Assembly (NCBI GenBank): GCA_009103225.1
Contig: RHPI01003369.1
Location: 1,223,490 to 1,287,489 of the forward strand
Length of the DNA stretch: 64,000 bases
Direction of reading: 5' to 3'
From: Chlorokybus atmophyticus
Taxonomy: Eukaryota; Plantae; Mesostigma and Chlorokybus algae
The position numbers and the translations under genes were made by a program. Below the pieces are notes generated by a model that was not told the origin of the DNA, did not search any database, and saw nothing but the letters and a program-made list of their open reading frames with translations. The stretch's first letter is position 1, and each line of letters begins with the position of its first letter. Positions 1 through 16,161 of the stretch are shown here, piece by piece.

Positions 1-91
1 AACAAGTAGCTCTGGCAAAGGGCAGCAAAAGGCTGCTGTTTCCATCTTCAATGAAGCGCCCCTGCCGCATAGGCGGCGGAGACGTGCGCAC

Positions 92-1889
92 CTCCTCAGT
101 CATTGCAATGAACATCTGCTGAAGGTCATCCGCTTTCACATCCCGCACAACGGTGGTAGACTCGCCACGCTGCACCTTTCCAAGTTTGCTTACCTACAAC
201 AATACGTAATTGAGCGCAAAGCAGCGACAGCAGGCAAGTTTCACAATTCCTGAGCCATACAACAGGTCTCAGCAGTACCTTGGTTTCACCCTCTACAATT
301 CGTCGGACCACATTGCCAAATTGCTGTTCAATGCGCTCAAATGTCACTGTGCATGTGTCCTCAACCGTATCATGCAACAAGCCTGCCAAAATAGTCTCGT
401 AGTCCATTCCCTGAATATGCATCACAATCAAAAAGTTAGCTGAATAAGTTTAATGCACCACTCCCCTCTTGCTACCCAACAGAAGTTCAAAACCGCACGA
501 TAGCATTCTAGCTAATTACCAAATCGCCCAGAATGATGGCGACTGCAACAGGATGGATAATGTATGGTTCACCACTACGCCTCCGTTGGCCATGGTGTGC
601 ATGATACGCCAACTGCAACAGGACACATCAGTTGCACAAATACGGACAGCAAAGACCTAGACAGGGGGACAACTTACGATGCAAGTCATTAGCAACCTCC
701 CTAACAGCTCACCTGCAACCCATCATGGACGAGCGATTGCTGTGCTGGTGTCAAATAACTTATGTGTGGTAGGAGCTCCTGTGCAACACAGAATAACGTG
801 GGTACTAGCTCACACAACTACTCCACAGCAGGTGTTGCACAAGTTGCTATCCACCTGCCAAAGTGCTTCAGGAGTGACATCTGCTTTCGCAAAACTTTCA
901 ACCTTTGTGCCATTGCTGCTACTACCACCACTTGTTTCAGCCCTGGGACTGTGCGCATTACTTGCATCTGCTCGCGATGAGCTCGTAGACCCAAAAGCGC
1001 AGCATCGCAATGCAGCGCGGCGATCTTTGAACTCTCTTCCACAAGACACCTGAAAGCAATACATGAGTACTTCAGCATCAACAAATTGAAAGTGGCAAAA
1101 CAACAGCAACAATATGCAACGCACAACACTACCATGCCAGCACTGGACAGCGCATCTTTCCGGCTGACGGCAAGGCTGTTGTGACGCCAACGGCATGCTG
1201 TGAAGTCCGCTATTGTTGTGCCATTGTCATTCTCCCGGTGCCCGCCTGACAGACAGCCATTATGCAGACAACAACACTCTCTGCATTTTGGTCCACAGCG
1301 CTCTGTCCTGCGTCCTCGAAGGGATGGCAGTTCTGGGCCTGTGCACGCAGTAACATTGTGTATTTGCCGTTGCTTGCGATGGATTTTCCCACAGATGATA
1401 TCGACCACGACTGTAGGTAAGATTGTGAAGCTGGTTACACTGCGACTGCAAAGTCTGCTACACAAGAAAAGTGGAAAACGAGCGCTGCGCGCAAACTGCA
1501 AAGAGGACAAATATGCTTACGCACTACAAATATGATAAATTAGCAGCCTTTACTGCCAGAGTGTCTACATTCCACAGTATATCGAAAGCACGACCACAAA
1601 GCTGGCCATGGACAAAGTAATGACAACAAGAGATCTGCTACTTGCGTGCCCACCATCCACCAAGCACGAAATACATCATTGCTAACACAATGAACGGCGC
1701 CAATAACAGCATGCGAACTGCTCAACGCGATAAGTGCTCAACCAAAATGTCCTGCATGCAGCAAGCCGAGAAGGCAGCAGGCGACGTACAACAATCGGCT
1801 TCAGTTTCAGACAGTAAGCTGACATGCATGCTAACGTTTTTCTTACCGGTTAGCACACTAGCAGCAGCGTGGCTCGCCAAACGGCTCAT
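92..1889 (-). CDS. RSH1: RelA/SpoT homolog, plant RSH1-type (ppGpp hydrolase/synthetase); 5' part only, gene continues off the left edge
   Basis: Hand-spliced GT-AG exons 1049-855, 778-713, 612-520, 410-279 and 193-92 give [90 protein letters not shown]. This is the HD hydrolase domain with RSH1-type context. Putative ATG at 1889 and exon 1410-1132 are less certain. Confidence 0.92.
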
Positions 1890-2980
1890 GCTCGGTAGAG
1901 AGGAGCTAACAGCTGCTAGGGTTCACGCTAGGGTTGCAGCTCCCTGCCGCTGCAATCTTTCACGGACCCAGATAACAGTCGGATTGCAGCCTACCACCCA
2001 TGCCCTTTACCAAAACACATCACAACGACAACCGCCAGGCCGGCCGCGCCGCTTCCACCGCCGCCTGGGCAACTCAGTGCAGCAACCAGAACAGCTATGC
2101 CACCGCCTGGGCGCGATATCCGAGGCATATTTCGATTGTAAACTATATCTCGCCTGGGATGATATTGCCCCGCCGAAAAGACTCAGTAATGCCAAGTCCG
2201 ATCTGCTGAACCCGATCCACCCGCAAGGGACAGAGCGTCTACGACGTGGCCAAGCCATGGTCGCTATCCAATAGCGATCGACGGTTGCCCTCGTTTGAGA
2301 GACAGATCGCACACAGCCTGTCCTCCAGTCCTGATCTCAACACGAGATGGTCTTCTGAGTCCATTATTATGTAGGCCTAGGCCTACTCGAATAACCCACC
2401 TCCCGAGGCAGTGATAAGCATCGAGAATTGAACTTCTGTGTTATTGAAGAATAGAATAGAGAAGGGGCGGGATGGGGACCAATGCACAGGTTGACCTGGT
2501 ATGTAACGGTGCACAGCGTGCAATGTTGGCAAGTTCCCACAAATCTTACGACACTCCCGCCAAATTGACAGTCTATCCCTTTTACGACCAGACTGGTAGT
2601 ACGAGTAGACCAGCCATTAGGTCTCGCCGGCACGCTAATCATGCTGACGTCACGGGTCATAACTTATGACCCATGAGGTCTCATGACTCATAAGTCGTTA
2701 CTCGTGACCGATAATCTATTTACCTTTAGGTTTGTTGTAAAGCAGGAGTTAATCATCGGAATTGCCATTCTGCGATGAAGTTTTTGTCCGCTGCACAGCA
2801 GGTGAGACGGATATCACTGTGCAGGCGGAAGAGGCTGCAGCCAGGTTGTTGGCCAGGGCGGCGGCGGCGGCGGCGGCGGTGCTGCCCGCCGTGCGCTAGC
2901 CGGTGGCGGTGGCCAGCCAGGAGGTCAGACCTATTTGGTCAGCACCATTACTCACCATTGTTAAAGCTGAAGCGGATGCG

Positions 2981-6894
<3,914 letters not shown>

Positions 6895-8663
6895 GATGTG
6901 TCTCGATTCATACAGGATGGCAACTAGCATGCCAGTGTTATTGGAAGCGATTCGTTAGGCTTGTTGTAGGGACCGCGATGCAAACCAAGTCATTCCGCGC
7001 GCAGTGGGTAGCTTAGTAGGTGGTAGTTGTCAAAACATCTCATGCTTCAGCACCAGGCCTGAGGCCTAACTTCCAGTGTGACAAGCTATAACATAGTTGA
7101 TGTTATGCTGAGCACACTAGCTTGACAATGATTGGCAACTGTCTTATTGACATCACTGGCGACTGCAGCGCTGCCGACCGCTTTCTATTGCATGCCTGTT
7201 GCTGCACTTGCACAGCACATAGGCCACTTATATATTGCATGTTGGGTAGAAAGCCTTGGCATTCGCTGTCATGTTGCCCTGCTTGCCCTGTTGGTGTGTG
7301 TCATCGTATAGAAGTGTGCTCACTCTATGCAGACTGTCTTTGCCTATTGCCAAACTTGGCCGCCGCTAGGACAGCACGTGCGAATGCATGCTATGCTAGT
7401 GGTGCTATTGATAGATTCACCTAAAGCATCTTGAACAACTCGACGGGAGTTTTGTAACTTGTGCACCGGTGAAGTATTCCAAAATGTCAGCTTATAGCAA
7501 CATCGGTTAGGTTTTTCAATCATTTGACAGCACGCACATGATTGGGGAGCACCATTCATGAGAGTCTTCTTATCAACCTCGTAAATGATTTTGTGCCATA
7601 ATGCGTACATGGTTCTTTGATTGCGCTCAACATGTTGTAATTGGTGTATAATACTTATGTATCATAGAGTCAGTCATCAGTCGAACTTCTCTGTGTATTA
7701 TGTGAGTAAAATCCGTGGCTTTGCATCTCAGGGACCAAAAGTTATGATATTTGCTGAAAGTATGCGCGTTGTAATCCTAAATATTGTAATTTTATAGCTA
7801 TGTAAGTCGAGAAAGGTCAACATCTTACATACGCATGTATGTAAAGCACACCGGTGTTAAGCGTTATGTGTACAAATCTGCAACTATGTCAAACAACTGC
7901 AAGCGCAACGGCAGGCATTCCTATACAAATTCATGCTTCAATTACATATGAGCGTCAATGACTTGATAACATGATGTTGTATATTAGCTATATTTGATCA
8001 ACATTTATTTAAGCATCTTGCAATCCATTGCATAGTTACCTGTAACAATAACATTACTATATGTCACTTTATGTATATGTATGTATAAATTATTGCAGTT
8101 TATATGCATAGATAGAGCTTTTCAGTTGTAATTAAGTGTCGATCTCATCTAATTAACGGATTCAATCCCTTATGTTATGCTGCCATTTGTATGCATAACA
8201 CAACGGCCGTGGTGCAGGTGATGCGCGTGCATGCTTGTCCAATGGGGTTTGGGCTAGTAGTGAAGTTAGGTAGGTAGTAAGTAGGAAGAGCACCCAGTGG
8301 TGAATGTAAGTGTTGTGTGCTGTTGTGTGTGGTGTGCAATGCATGCCTTACATTGTGATACATGCCACAATCTCTGCATCCTATATATATTGTACACACT
8401 AGTTGCCATGTGAAATCATGGTACATTTCTTCAACAACTATATGTTAAACTCACGATTGGTTTATGTGGTAATATGCATGACCGCCGTAGTTGTGCATAT
8501 ATGCATATAGCACAAAGAACATGCAAGCAATCACGCCCATAAAAAATTGAACATGTAATCATTATATCTATAATGTTAAAAAACAACAGTTAGTGTGTTA
8601 AGAAAAATTAACTGCTTTTATATATATTACATTTAAATTTGACATGCACATTGACAAGTGTAA

Positions 8664-8759
8664 CATAATTTATTGCTGAGGTTGAGGTTACACATGTGTA
8701 ACTGTCGGCATATTATTTATTCATAACATGTGTAACCTCAACCTCAGCAATAAATTATG
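8664..8759. repeat. Perfect 34-bp inverted repeat with a 28-nt spacer
   Basis: cataatttattgctgaggttgaggttacacatgt (8664-8697) and its exact reverse complement (8726-8759). Confidence 0.95.
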
Positions 8760-11351
8760 CTATACTTAACCGTGATATATGTATTTTAATGGGAACCATT
8801 ATTAACCATTGATAAACTCACATATATGACACATCATTATGTGAAACCTCTGTTTAATACTGCAACTCGGATGCAATAAGTCACCAACACCTTGCATTAT
8901 GCACGTTGTATGCTCATTAAGTCATTCTTGTCAGGTTACAATTTGCATTGAGCAATCCCCCCCCCCCCCNNNNNNNNNNNNNNNNNNNNNNNNNNNNNNN
9001 NNNNNNNAATCCCCCCCCCCCCCCCTCCCCAAAACCACGGGCGCGCGCATATATGTAAGCTCACATCGATATATTAATATATGCACTCAATACTGTTTGT
9101 TGATAACGACTTTTTATACGCATCAACATCAACATGTGTAATGAGGCCAAATATATGTTATGAGTAAATGTTGTAACAACTGAACGCACTTAGTTTTATT
9201 TTGATAAAGATTTACACTTTTATGTGATGAAGAGTACAATCATTATGATAATAACCTCAAAATTTACAAATATAACAATGCCCTCTTATGTATATAGGCC
9301 TCATCCACCTGGTTACTTGTGAACACCCCCTTGGTTCATGATTGTTGGAGACATAAGTCACAGCTCACAAGGCTCGTACCGGTAGCTTGGGCCCACATTG
9401 GGCTTTGGCATGTGTAATTCATCATGCTGTGTTAGAAGCAATTAACGAGGATCGCTACAGCCAGGTCAAGTCCGCTGCTCAGCTTGCATTAGCAATGAAT
9501 GCGTTGTGTGGAGGCCGCTGACAATCCGCTGATCGGGCACGAGCCGCGCACCTGGCTTGGTTGGGCGCGCGCAGCACTTTTTGCTGAGCGGGCCTATCAA
9601 AACCGCCTAGGAAGCCCTCCACGTCACCCCTTGACCTGCGTCGCAGTTTGCTTGTGCGGTTAAGCTTAGCCGTGACCGTTGCTACTTGCCGGTGCGACAC
9701 CGGTGTTGTCAGTGACAACTTGTCACCTCTGCTGACGCGCTCCTGTCCGGGTAAACAACAGTTGGAGACATGAAGGCCGGCGGTGGCCAGGACAAAAGGC
9801 CACATCAATCGGCTAACCATGCCCGCCGAGCAATGCGCGGTTACCATCGCGGTTGTAGCCTTTAACCGCCGACAGCCAGCGTGCCAGCCCGCTGCTCGGT
9901 TAAAGCAATATCGCGTGCCTTATATCCGATCTGTGGGGCAAGGATTTCGCCGTGGCTTGGATTCACGCGCAAAATGAAGTCGAAAGCAAATGTTTTTGCT
10001 CCAGTCGCTTATCTCACACAAGTTACCTGCACAAACGCAGAACCCGCCTCAATCATGGAACTAAGAATGCAAGGGCCATGTCTCCGCCGCAAGCGGGCAA
10101 CTGACGAGAGTTTTGCGGGTTGGACGCATCGGCGGGGCACAAACTTATCGTCACTGTCTGGGGATTCGGAATCAGGGTTCGCGGTCTCGTTGCTTATTCC
10201 TATAAGCATCCGCAGGTGCTACCCTACCAGTTCGGCCGGTGAGCGCGTGGCGGCGTTATCCTGTCGCTTTCCGTATATCCTCCGCGGCGCAGCGGTGGCG
10301 TTGAGCTTAGCGGTGGGCGGCGTGTTGGTTGGTGTCGGTGACGTAGGCGTCGTTGTGGGGAGCTTGGGATCGGGGTCGTTGTCGTGGGTGGGCATCCCGT
10401 TGAAGTCCATTGAAGTCGGAGTTCAGGGGAGTGGTTTGCCCAGCTAAGGGCTTGCTTTGGGGCGGTGCTGGGTTGTTGCGCGTCGCTTCGCGTTGGCAGC
10501 GGCTTGCTCTGCGGGCTAGGGTTTTGCGAGGCGGTTGGCGCCTGTTGTCGCTGATTGCCATCTGGTCTGTGAACCTCAGCTCGGGAGGCTCTGTGTTTCT
10601 AACCTGATCAGGTAGCCAGCTTGTTGTATTACGGTTTATGGTACAGCAACATTCTAGTTGAAACCCATGTGTCCGTCCGTGCTATGGGCTGGGTGTAGCT
10701 GTGGCTTGGTTGGTTGTGACGATGCAAGCTGGTCGCGGAGGAGTGGCTTACCTGGGGGCGTTTGTCAGGATACACGAAGCCTGCCTGTATTATCAGGCAG
10801 GCAGGCGGGCAGGCGGGCTTGATAACAACAGGTCGCATTCAAGTGTTAGTGCTAGTGTTACAATATCCTTAGGCAGTATTGTTTTGTGCCTCTCACTTGG
10901 GGTATTCGCAATAAGTCCAGGCTTCTTACTGAGGCCATGCTCGCTTATATCATCCAAGTACGTATGATGTCACTGCAGGCATGGATAGGTGTTAGCGAAG
11001 CCTTCAATGACAACCGACTTGGTCACAGAGGGTACGTGTGAGCTGGTTTGAGCAAGCTGCACAGTACTAGCTTGCGCAAATTGTTGTCTCAAGCCAGTGA
11101 TGTTTCTTTGACGTTGGCACTCCGCACATCCACAACACAGTACTCATGATCTTAACGATCTTGCAGCTTCTGAGCCACGGCTTAATCACCTTGAAGCACG
11201 GGCTCGCAGTGCTTGCCGACCTTACACCTCCTGCAGCGTGAGTGGCTCTGTGCAGTCTCATCACTTGTGTGCCCATTCAAGCATCACAGTCTTGGCGCTA
11301 CTTGTGTCTTAGCTCGAATTTTATGACGACATTGCAATACTTGACACAGCT

Positions 11352-12806
11352 GTGATCTGTCAGGCTTCCGGCGGCATTCGCCATGGCCCTCTGCACGCAG
11401 TGGAGCTACCATGTGAGCGAACCGAAGATGCACAGTCTCCGGCGACCCGGCCGGCATCGCCCATGTCGGACGCGGGATCACCAGTGCGCAAGCCACCCAT
11501 AGCGCCAGTCAAGCGCATGATGGCGCTGCGTGGCAACTCGCGCTTGAATCATGTGTTTAGGAGTGATACAGAGCTGGTAAGAAAGCTTCCTTTGTTGCTT
11601 TTTCAATTGCTTGGCATTCTGGTTTGTACAGTGTCTCATATTGTTGTATGCCGTTTCAAGGTGCAAGCGTGTAGCACCGAGACAACGCCACAAGCAACGC
11701 CACAAGCAACGCCGTTGACAAGTCCCAAATCAGAAGGGAGTTTCCCTGTGTTGAGGGCTGGTGTTGCCGAAGACATAGGCAGGAGGAGGTCCATGGAGGA
11801 TGCCCATTCCAACGTCCAGGACTTTACAAACTATGTTTTTGCAACTAACGCAGAGCCTCTGCATGCTTACTTTGGCGTGTTCGACGGGCACGGAGGCGCA
11901 TGCGCCGCGCAGTATGCCCGAGACCATCTGCTTATGAACATCCTCGCCGAGTCGCATTTTCCATCCTCTGCTGCACTGCGCGCTGCGTTCCTCGCCACGG
12001 ATGCCGGCTTACACTCTCGCTTTGTTGCTGGCCATGAGCGCGAAGACAGCGGGACAACGGCCATCGTGGCCCTGATTCTGGGCAGGACTCTGGTGCTTGC
12101 CAACTTGGGCGACTGCCGTGGAGTTTTGAGCTCAAAAGGCAAGGCCGTTGAGCTCACGGTGGATCAGAAGCCCGAGACTGCGGCGGAGTACAAGCGGATA
12201 TGCGCTGCGGGCGGCAGGGTGGAGTTTGGCCAAGTGAATGGCTTGCTTGGTGTTGCGCGCGCTTTGGGCGATTGGCATGTGAAGGGCAAGGATGGCAGCG
12301 AAGGCCCCTTGTCCGCAGTACCCGAAGTCTCATACCGCCAGTTGTTGGACGAAGATGAGTTTCTCATCCTTGGCTGTGATGGACTGTGGGACGTCTTTTC
12401 TAATGAGGTGCGGGCCAGTGCATATGTGTTTTTGCCATTGTCTTGCAGACACACACTGTGTTTGTTCACTGTTGAGAGGATGTTGGATGTTGAATGACAA
12501 GGCATTCACGATCAGGGTGGTTGTGCTTACCATTAGGGTTTCCCTTTGCAGAATGCAGTGGAGTTTGCAACGAGACAGTTGCAGATACACAATGACCCCG
12601 TGAGGTGCAGCCAGGCGTTGGTGGAAGAGGCTATTCGCAGGGATTCCACAGATAATGTCAGTGTGATCACGATCTGCTTCCAAGCGGACGCACCCGCCCG
12701 CCGCAGCGAGTCTCCTCGCATGAGCAGCGTGATACGCCGCACCCTTTCAACCGAAGCCTTGTCAAGTTTGCAGAGTTGCCTCAGAGAGCGTGACCTGTCC
12801 TCCTGA
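11352..12806 (+). CDS. Protein phosphatase 2C (PPM family)
   Basis: Motifs RRSMEDAH, YFGVFDGHGG, SGTTA, ANLGDCRGVL, LGVARALGD, FLILGCDGLWDV, STDNVSVI. Introns at about 11578-11660 and 12409-12551; stop TGA at 12804-12806. Extra 5' exons near 11.0-11.2 kb are possible. Confidence 0.93.
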
Positions 12807-13046
12807 CCCAAATGTCAGAAGATAAACCGCGCCACAGCATTAACATCATCATCGCCATCCTCCTGAGTGTGCAGACATTTCCCCCGGGTAAACAGTGAAG
12901 AAACTCTTTTTATAGCCTGGCACTTTCACCAGGCTGAAAGCAGTTGAGAGGAAAAAGTGGTGACAAACGCCATTTGTAGATTTTGGATGTTCATAGCCTA
13001 GTGTCAGCTTTCCGCAGAGGCGCTCTTTATGCTGGAAAGCTTGCGG

Positions 13047-13979
13047 TCATCTGCACTCCCCTAGCCTAGTGTGCATATTATCATTTATTTCATTGTCTGT
13101 GGCAATGTTGCCTTGCTTGGATGAGGAATGAGCTTGGCAAGGTGGCTTGATGGTGCATGTGGGGTGAGAGCTGTTCACAACAGAGAGCTTCCGATGCTGC
13201 CTCCCTGGTGCAGCACTTGCATTCTGCATAGCACCATAGTAAGTCAAAAGAGCGGCATAGCGCACCACATGCACTGTTGCATAAGCACGCAACACCGTGC
13301 TTGGCTCTTTGCATGCCATGTACATAAGCAAGACTGACTGACACACTGACTGAGTAACTGACACCCGCACAACCCAAACACAGCCACTGTGTTTTTGATA
13401 GTGTAGGAGAACCAAGCAGGTAGCGTAAGGCAGCGTAAGGCAACACCAGCATAGGCAAGGGAAAGCAAGGCAACAGCTAGCTGAGCCCTTCAACAGGACA
13501 AACACTACTGGCACATTAAGAAATAGACACAGGCAAAGGTCCAGGAACATGGCCATGCCTAACCAAAACCCGTACACTGACGCTAGTGCGCTGGCGCACG
13601 TACACATGCAAAGTACTAGATACCACACGACGCGCCAGCGAGGACAGCGGCCTCCTCCGCCGTTGCGGGCACCGTCTGCAGCGGCGCCCAGCCCGGGACC
13701 GCTGCCATCGCTGCTGCTCCGCGCTCCAGCAGCGCCAGACCCTGCGCTCGCTGCAGCGCGCACGCCACCCGTTGCCAGTACATGGCTACAAAGCCGCTCA
13801 AACGCCCTGGCGCCAGGCCACGCTGGTACACCGCCTGTTTGGCGCACCTCGCGATGAGCGCGTTGAACGCTCCTCCGAGCGACCCGTGGCTTCAACAGCT
13901 CGGACAGCAAAGCAAGGAGCAGTGCATATGATAGAGCAAGCGGGGCCATTATCAAACATGGCATGACACCACACAGCAA
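13047..13979 (-). CDS. Hypothetical hydrophobic protein (310-codon ORF), may be non-coding
   Basis: Long ORF with hydrophobic stretches but no recognisable motif. The GT-rich composition could produce the hydrophobicity, and the upstream frame contains stops. Confidence 0.25.
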   Translation of the reverse strand: MLCGVMPCLIMAPLALSYALLLALLSELLKPRVARRSVQRAHREVRQTGGVPAWPGARAFERLCSHVLATGGVRAAASAGSGAAGARSSSDGSGPGLGAAADGARNGGGGRCPRWRVVWYLVLCMCTCASALASVYGFWLGMAMFLDLCLCLFLNVPVVFVLLKGSASCCLAFPCLCWCCLTLPYATCLVLLHYQKHSGCVWVVRVSVTQSVCQSVLLMYMACKEPSTVLRAYATVHVVRYAALLTYYGAMQNASAAPGRQHRKLSVVNSSHPTCTIKPPCQAHSSSKQGNIATDNEINDNMHTRLGECR

Positions 13980-14406
13980 GACTAAATATCAACAGCCCCA
14001 AACCAAACATATGCAGATACAGTGGCATGACGCCTAACAAAGCAGTAACAGCCACAGCAATCAACGCAACAACAAGCCCAACTGTGCAGTGGCAGGGCTT
14101 GGCAGTGTTAGCGTCAGGCAAAAAGTAGCGTTAGTGTTAGGCACTGCAAGCAACAATCACAACAAGCGCAATGCGCTGGGCCTCACAGTAGCCGAACATG
14201 CAAGAGAGCAGCAACAAGGCGGCTCCTGAACTGGCACAGCAGCGCCATCGTATGTACTCCACGCTTGCTACGTAGGTGGTTACACCTTGATCTTGCTTGC
14301 CATGTCCCTGCCAGCCTGCCTGTCTGCTTCTAACCTGCGTGCTCGAGTCGTAGTGTTAGGTGTATTGTTAGTCCAAGCGGTGGTCTAGCCCCCCAAAGCT
14401 CTGTTT

Positions 14407-14468
14407 TAATACAATTGCTCTTAAAGCAATGGTATTAATACCATTGCTCTTAAAGCAATGGTATTAAT
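14407..14468. repeat. Two tandem 29-bp units, each nearly palindromic
   Basis: taatac(a/c)attgctcttaaagcaatggtat x2. ttaataccattgct-cttaa-agcaatggtattaa has 14-bp perfect arms. Confidence 0.9.
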
Positions 14469-16161
14469 GTGTGGATTGCTTGCACACCGTTTGCACTTTA
14501 CTACTGTACATACCTCGCATCAGCGTGGCTTCACAGCAAGCGCAAGCTCAAGCTCTTTAACGGGCCTGATGTGTAAACACGCAAGTGCACAAACACTAGT
14601 AAACAAACCAGCAAATATTAAATTGGACTGGGGCCAAGAGAACCTGTACGCAGACCGCTTAGACACTAAGTACAGCCTCAAGCGAGACGTGGGAGTAGAC
14701 AGCAGCTGAACCATATGTGGCATGGCTGCATAAATGCTATGTTCTCTTGCCCTACACAACGAGTTGTTCTATCATGGCCTAATGGTTAAGACGCCAGTGT
14801 TAGAACAGCATGGCAGGAGTTGACAATTTAATGAGCGCATGGAGAAGGCAAAAGCAGAGGTTCGACCGGGCGCCAGCCAAAAGCAGCATGCGCGACAAAG
14901 ACAATGATAATGGTGTTGACGACGACAACAATGATAACCACAAAGACTTGTGCCTCTGTGTTACTGTCCGCCCACCGCCTATACCTGTGATCATGCAGCG
15001 CGGGGGGCACATTGTGCCCGCACATATAGAGTCAATTCTTGCATAATATCTTGCATGATTACCATTGTCATGCGATGTGCAATGCGCTCTCTTTATCTAA
15101 CTCTACTTATAATGGACTTGACATGATCTGCCAACTGTTGTTCGTGACGTTTAGCTAGCGCCAGTGGTTTTGTGTTGCGGCAGTGGCTGGTGGCTGCGGG
15201 GGTAGCTGAGAGGCGTTGGGGTCCAGCACTTGACACACGCAGACAACACTCCCCCGCATTACTCACACCTCTCATCCTTGCCAACTGGGCTCACGCCTCT
15301 TTTCGCCTGCAGGTTGTCCCCCTGCTGCTGTTGGTGCACTGAACACTTCCACTCGTCCGGATGGATCCATTATTGCACCATGCGGCACTTGCATTGCACA
15401 TAGCCTGGCGGATGGGTAGAGTGTATAAGCTATTCCCCTTTATCACATCTTATTCGTGGTGTACCATGTGCTTTAGGCGATTGCTTCATGTATTAAGCGC
15501 TGTGAGTGGTTAATCAGCTAGCCAATAATGCATCTCTCTCATACTATATACCTTTCACCTTTATGCATCGTCGCTACCGTGCCCTTGTGTAGCCTGTGCA
15601 ATGGCTTACCACCTAAGGGTAGACTGTTCGATGGGCAGACAATGGCTGTAGCCTGATGTAGTTTCAATTGGGGTGTGCATGACTCATCAACAGCATCACT
15701 ACGTCACTATGAATTAGCGCTACGTGACTCTGGACCATGAGCGCGTGATGGCCCGGCAACACATTATGTATTATTGCACATATGTATGCAATGTTTAACT
15801 ACCGTAGTGATCCGCACTTTTCATGCTATGTAATGTAAAAAATGCCATTGACGTATTTTGTAGTCAAGATTTATGGTCAGCCAATGAACTGTATTATACA
15901 TGATGGACGCATTGTAGCCGAAGGGGGTGTGCGCTTGTTGCGCAAAATACACGGATCTAAATAAGTCTTAAAGTTTCATTTAACAAGTACGGTTTTATCC
16001 ATTACGGTACATAAAGGTTGCAAGGCATATGTTTGCACACAATTATGGTCGGCACATAGCATATGCTGCTCCCAACGCATCAGCAATAAGTAAGCTGCAC
16101 CGCTCTGTATAATATGCTAGGCTTGTGCGCACTTTAAACCACAGATTACAATTATTAATAC

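Noticed and set aside
14407-14468. CRISPR-like array
   Set aside because: Only two abutting units with no spacers, in a eukaryotic context.
14810-15360. Short ORFs at 14.8-15.3 kb
   Set aside because: No recognisable domain and no consistent splice chain.
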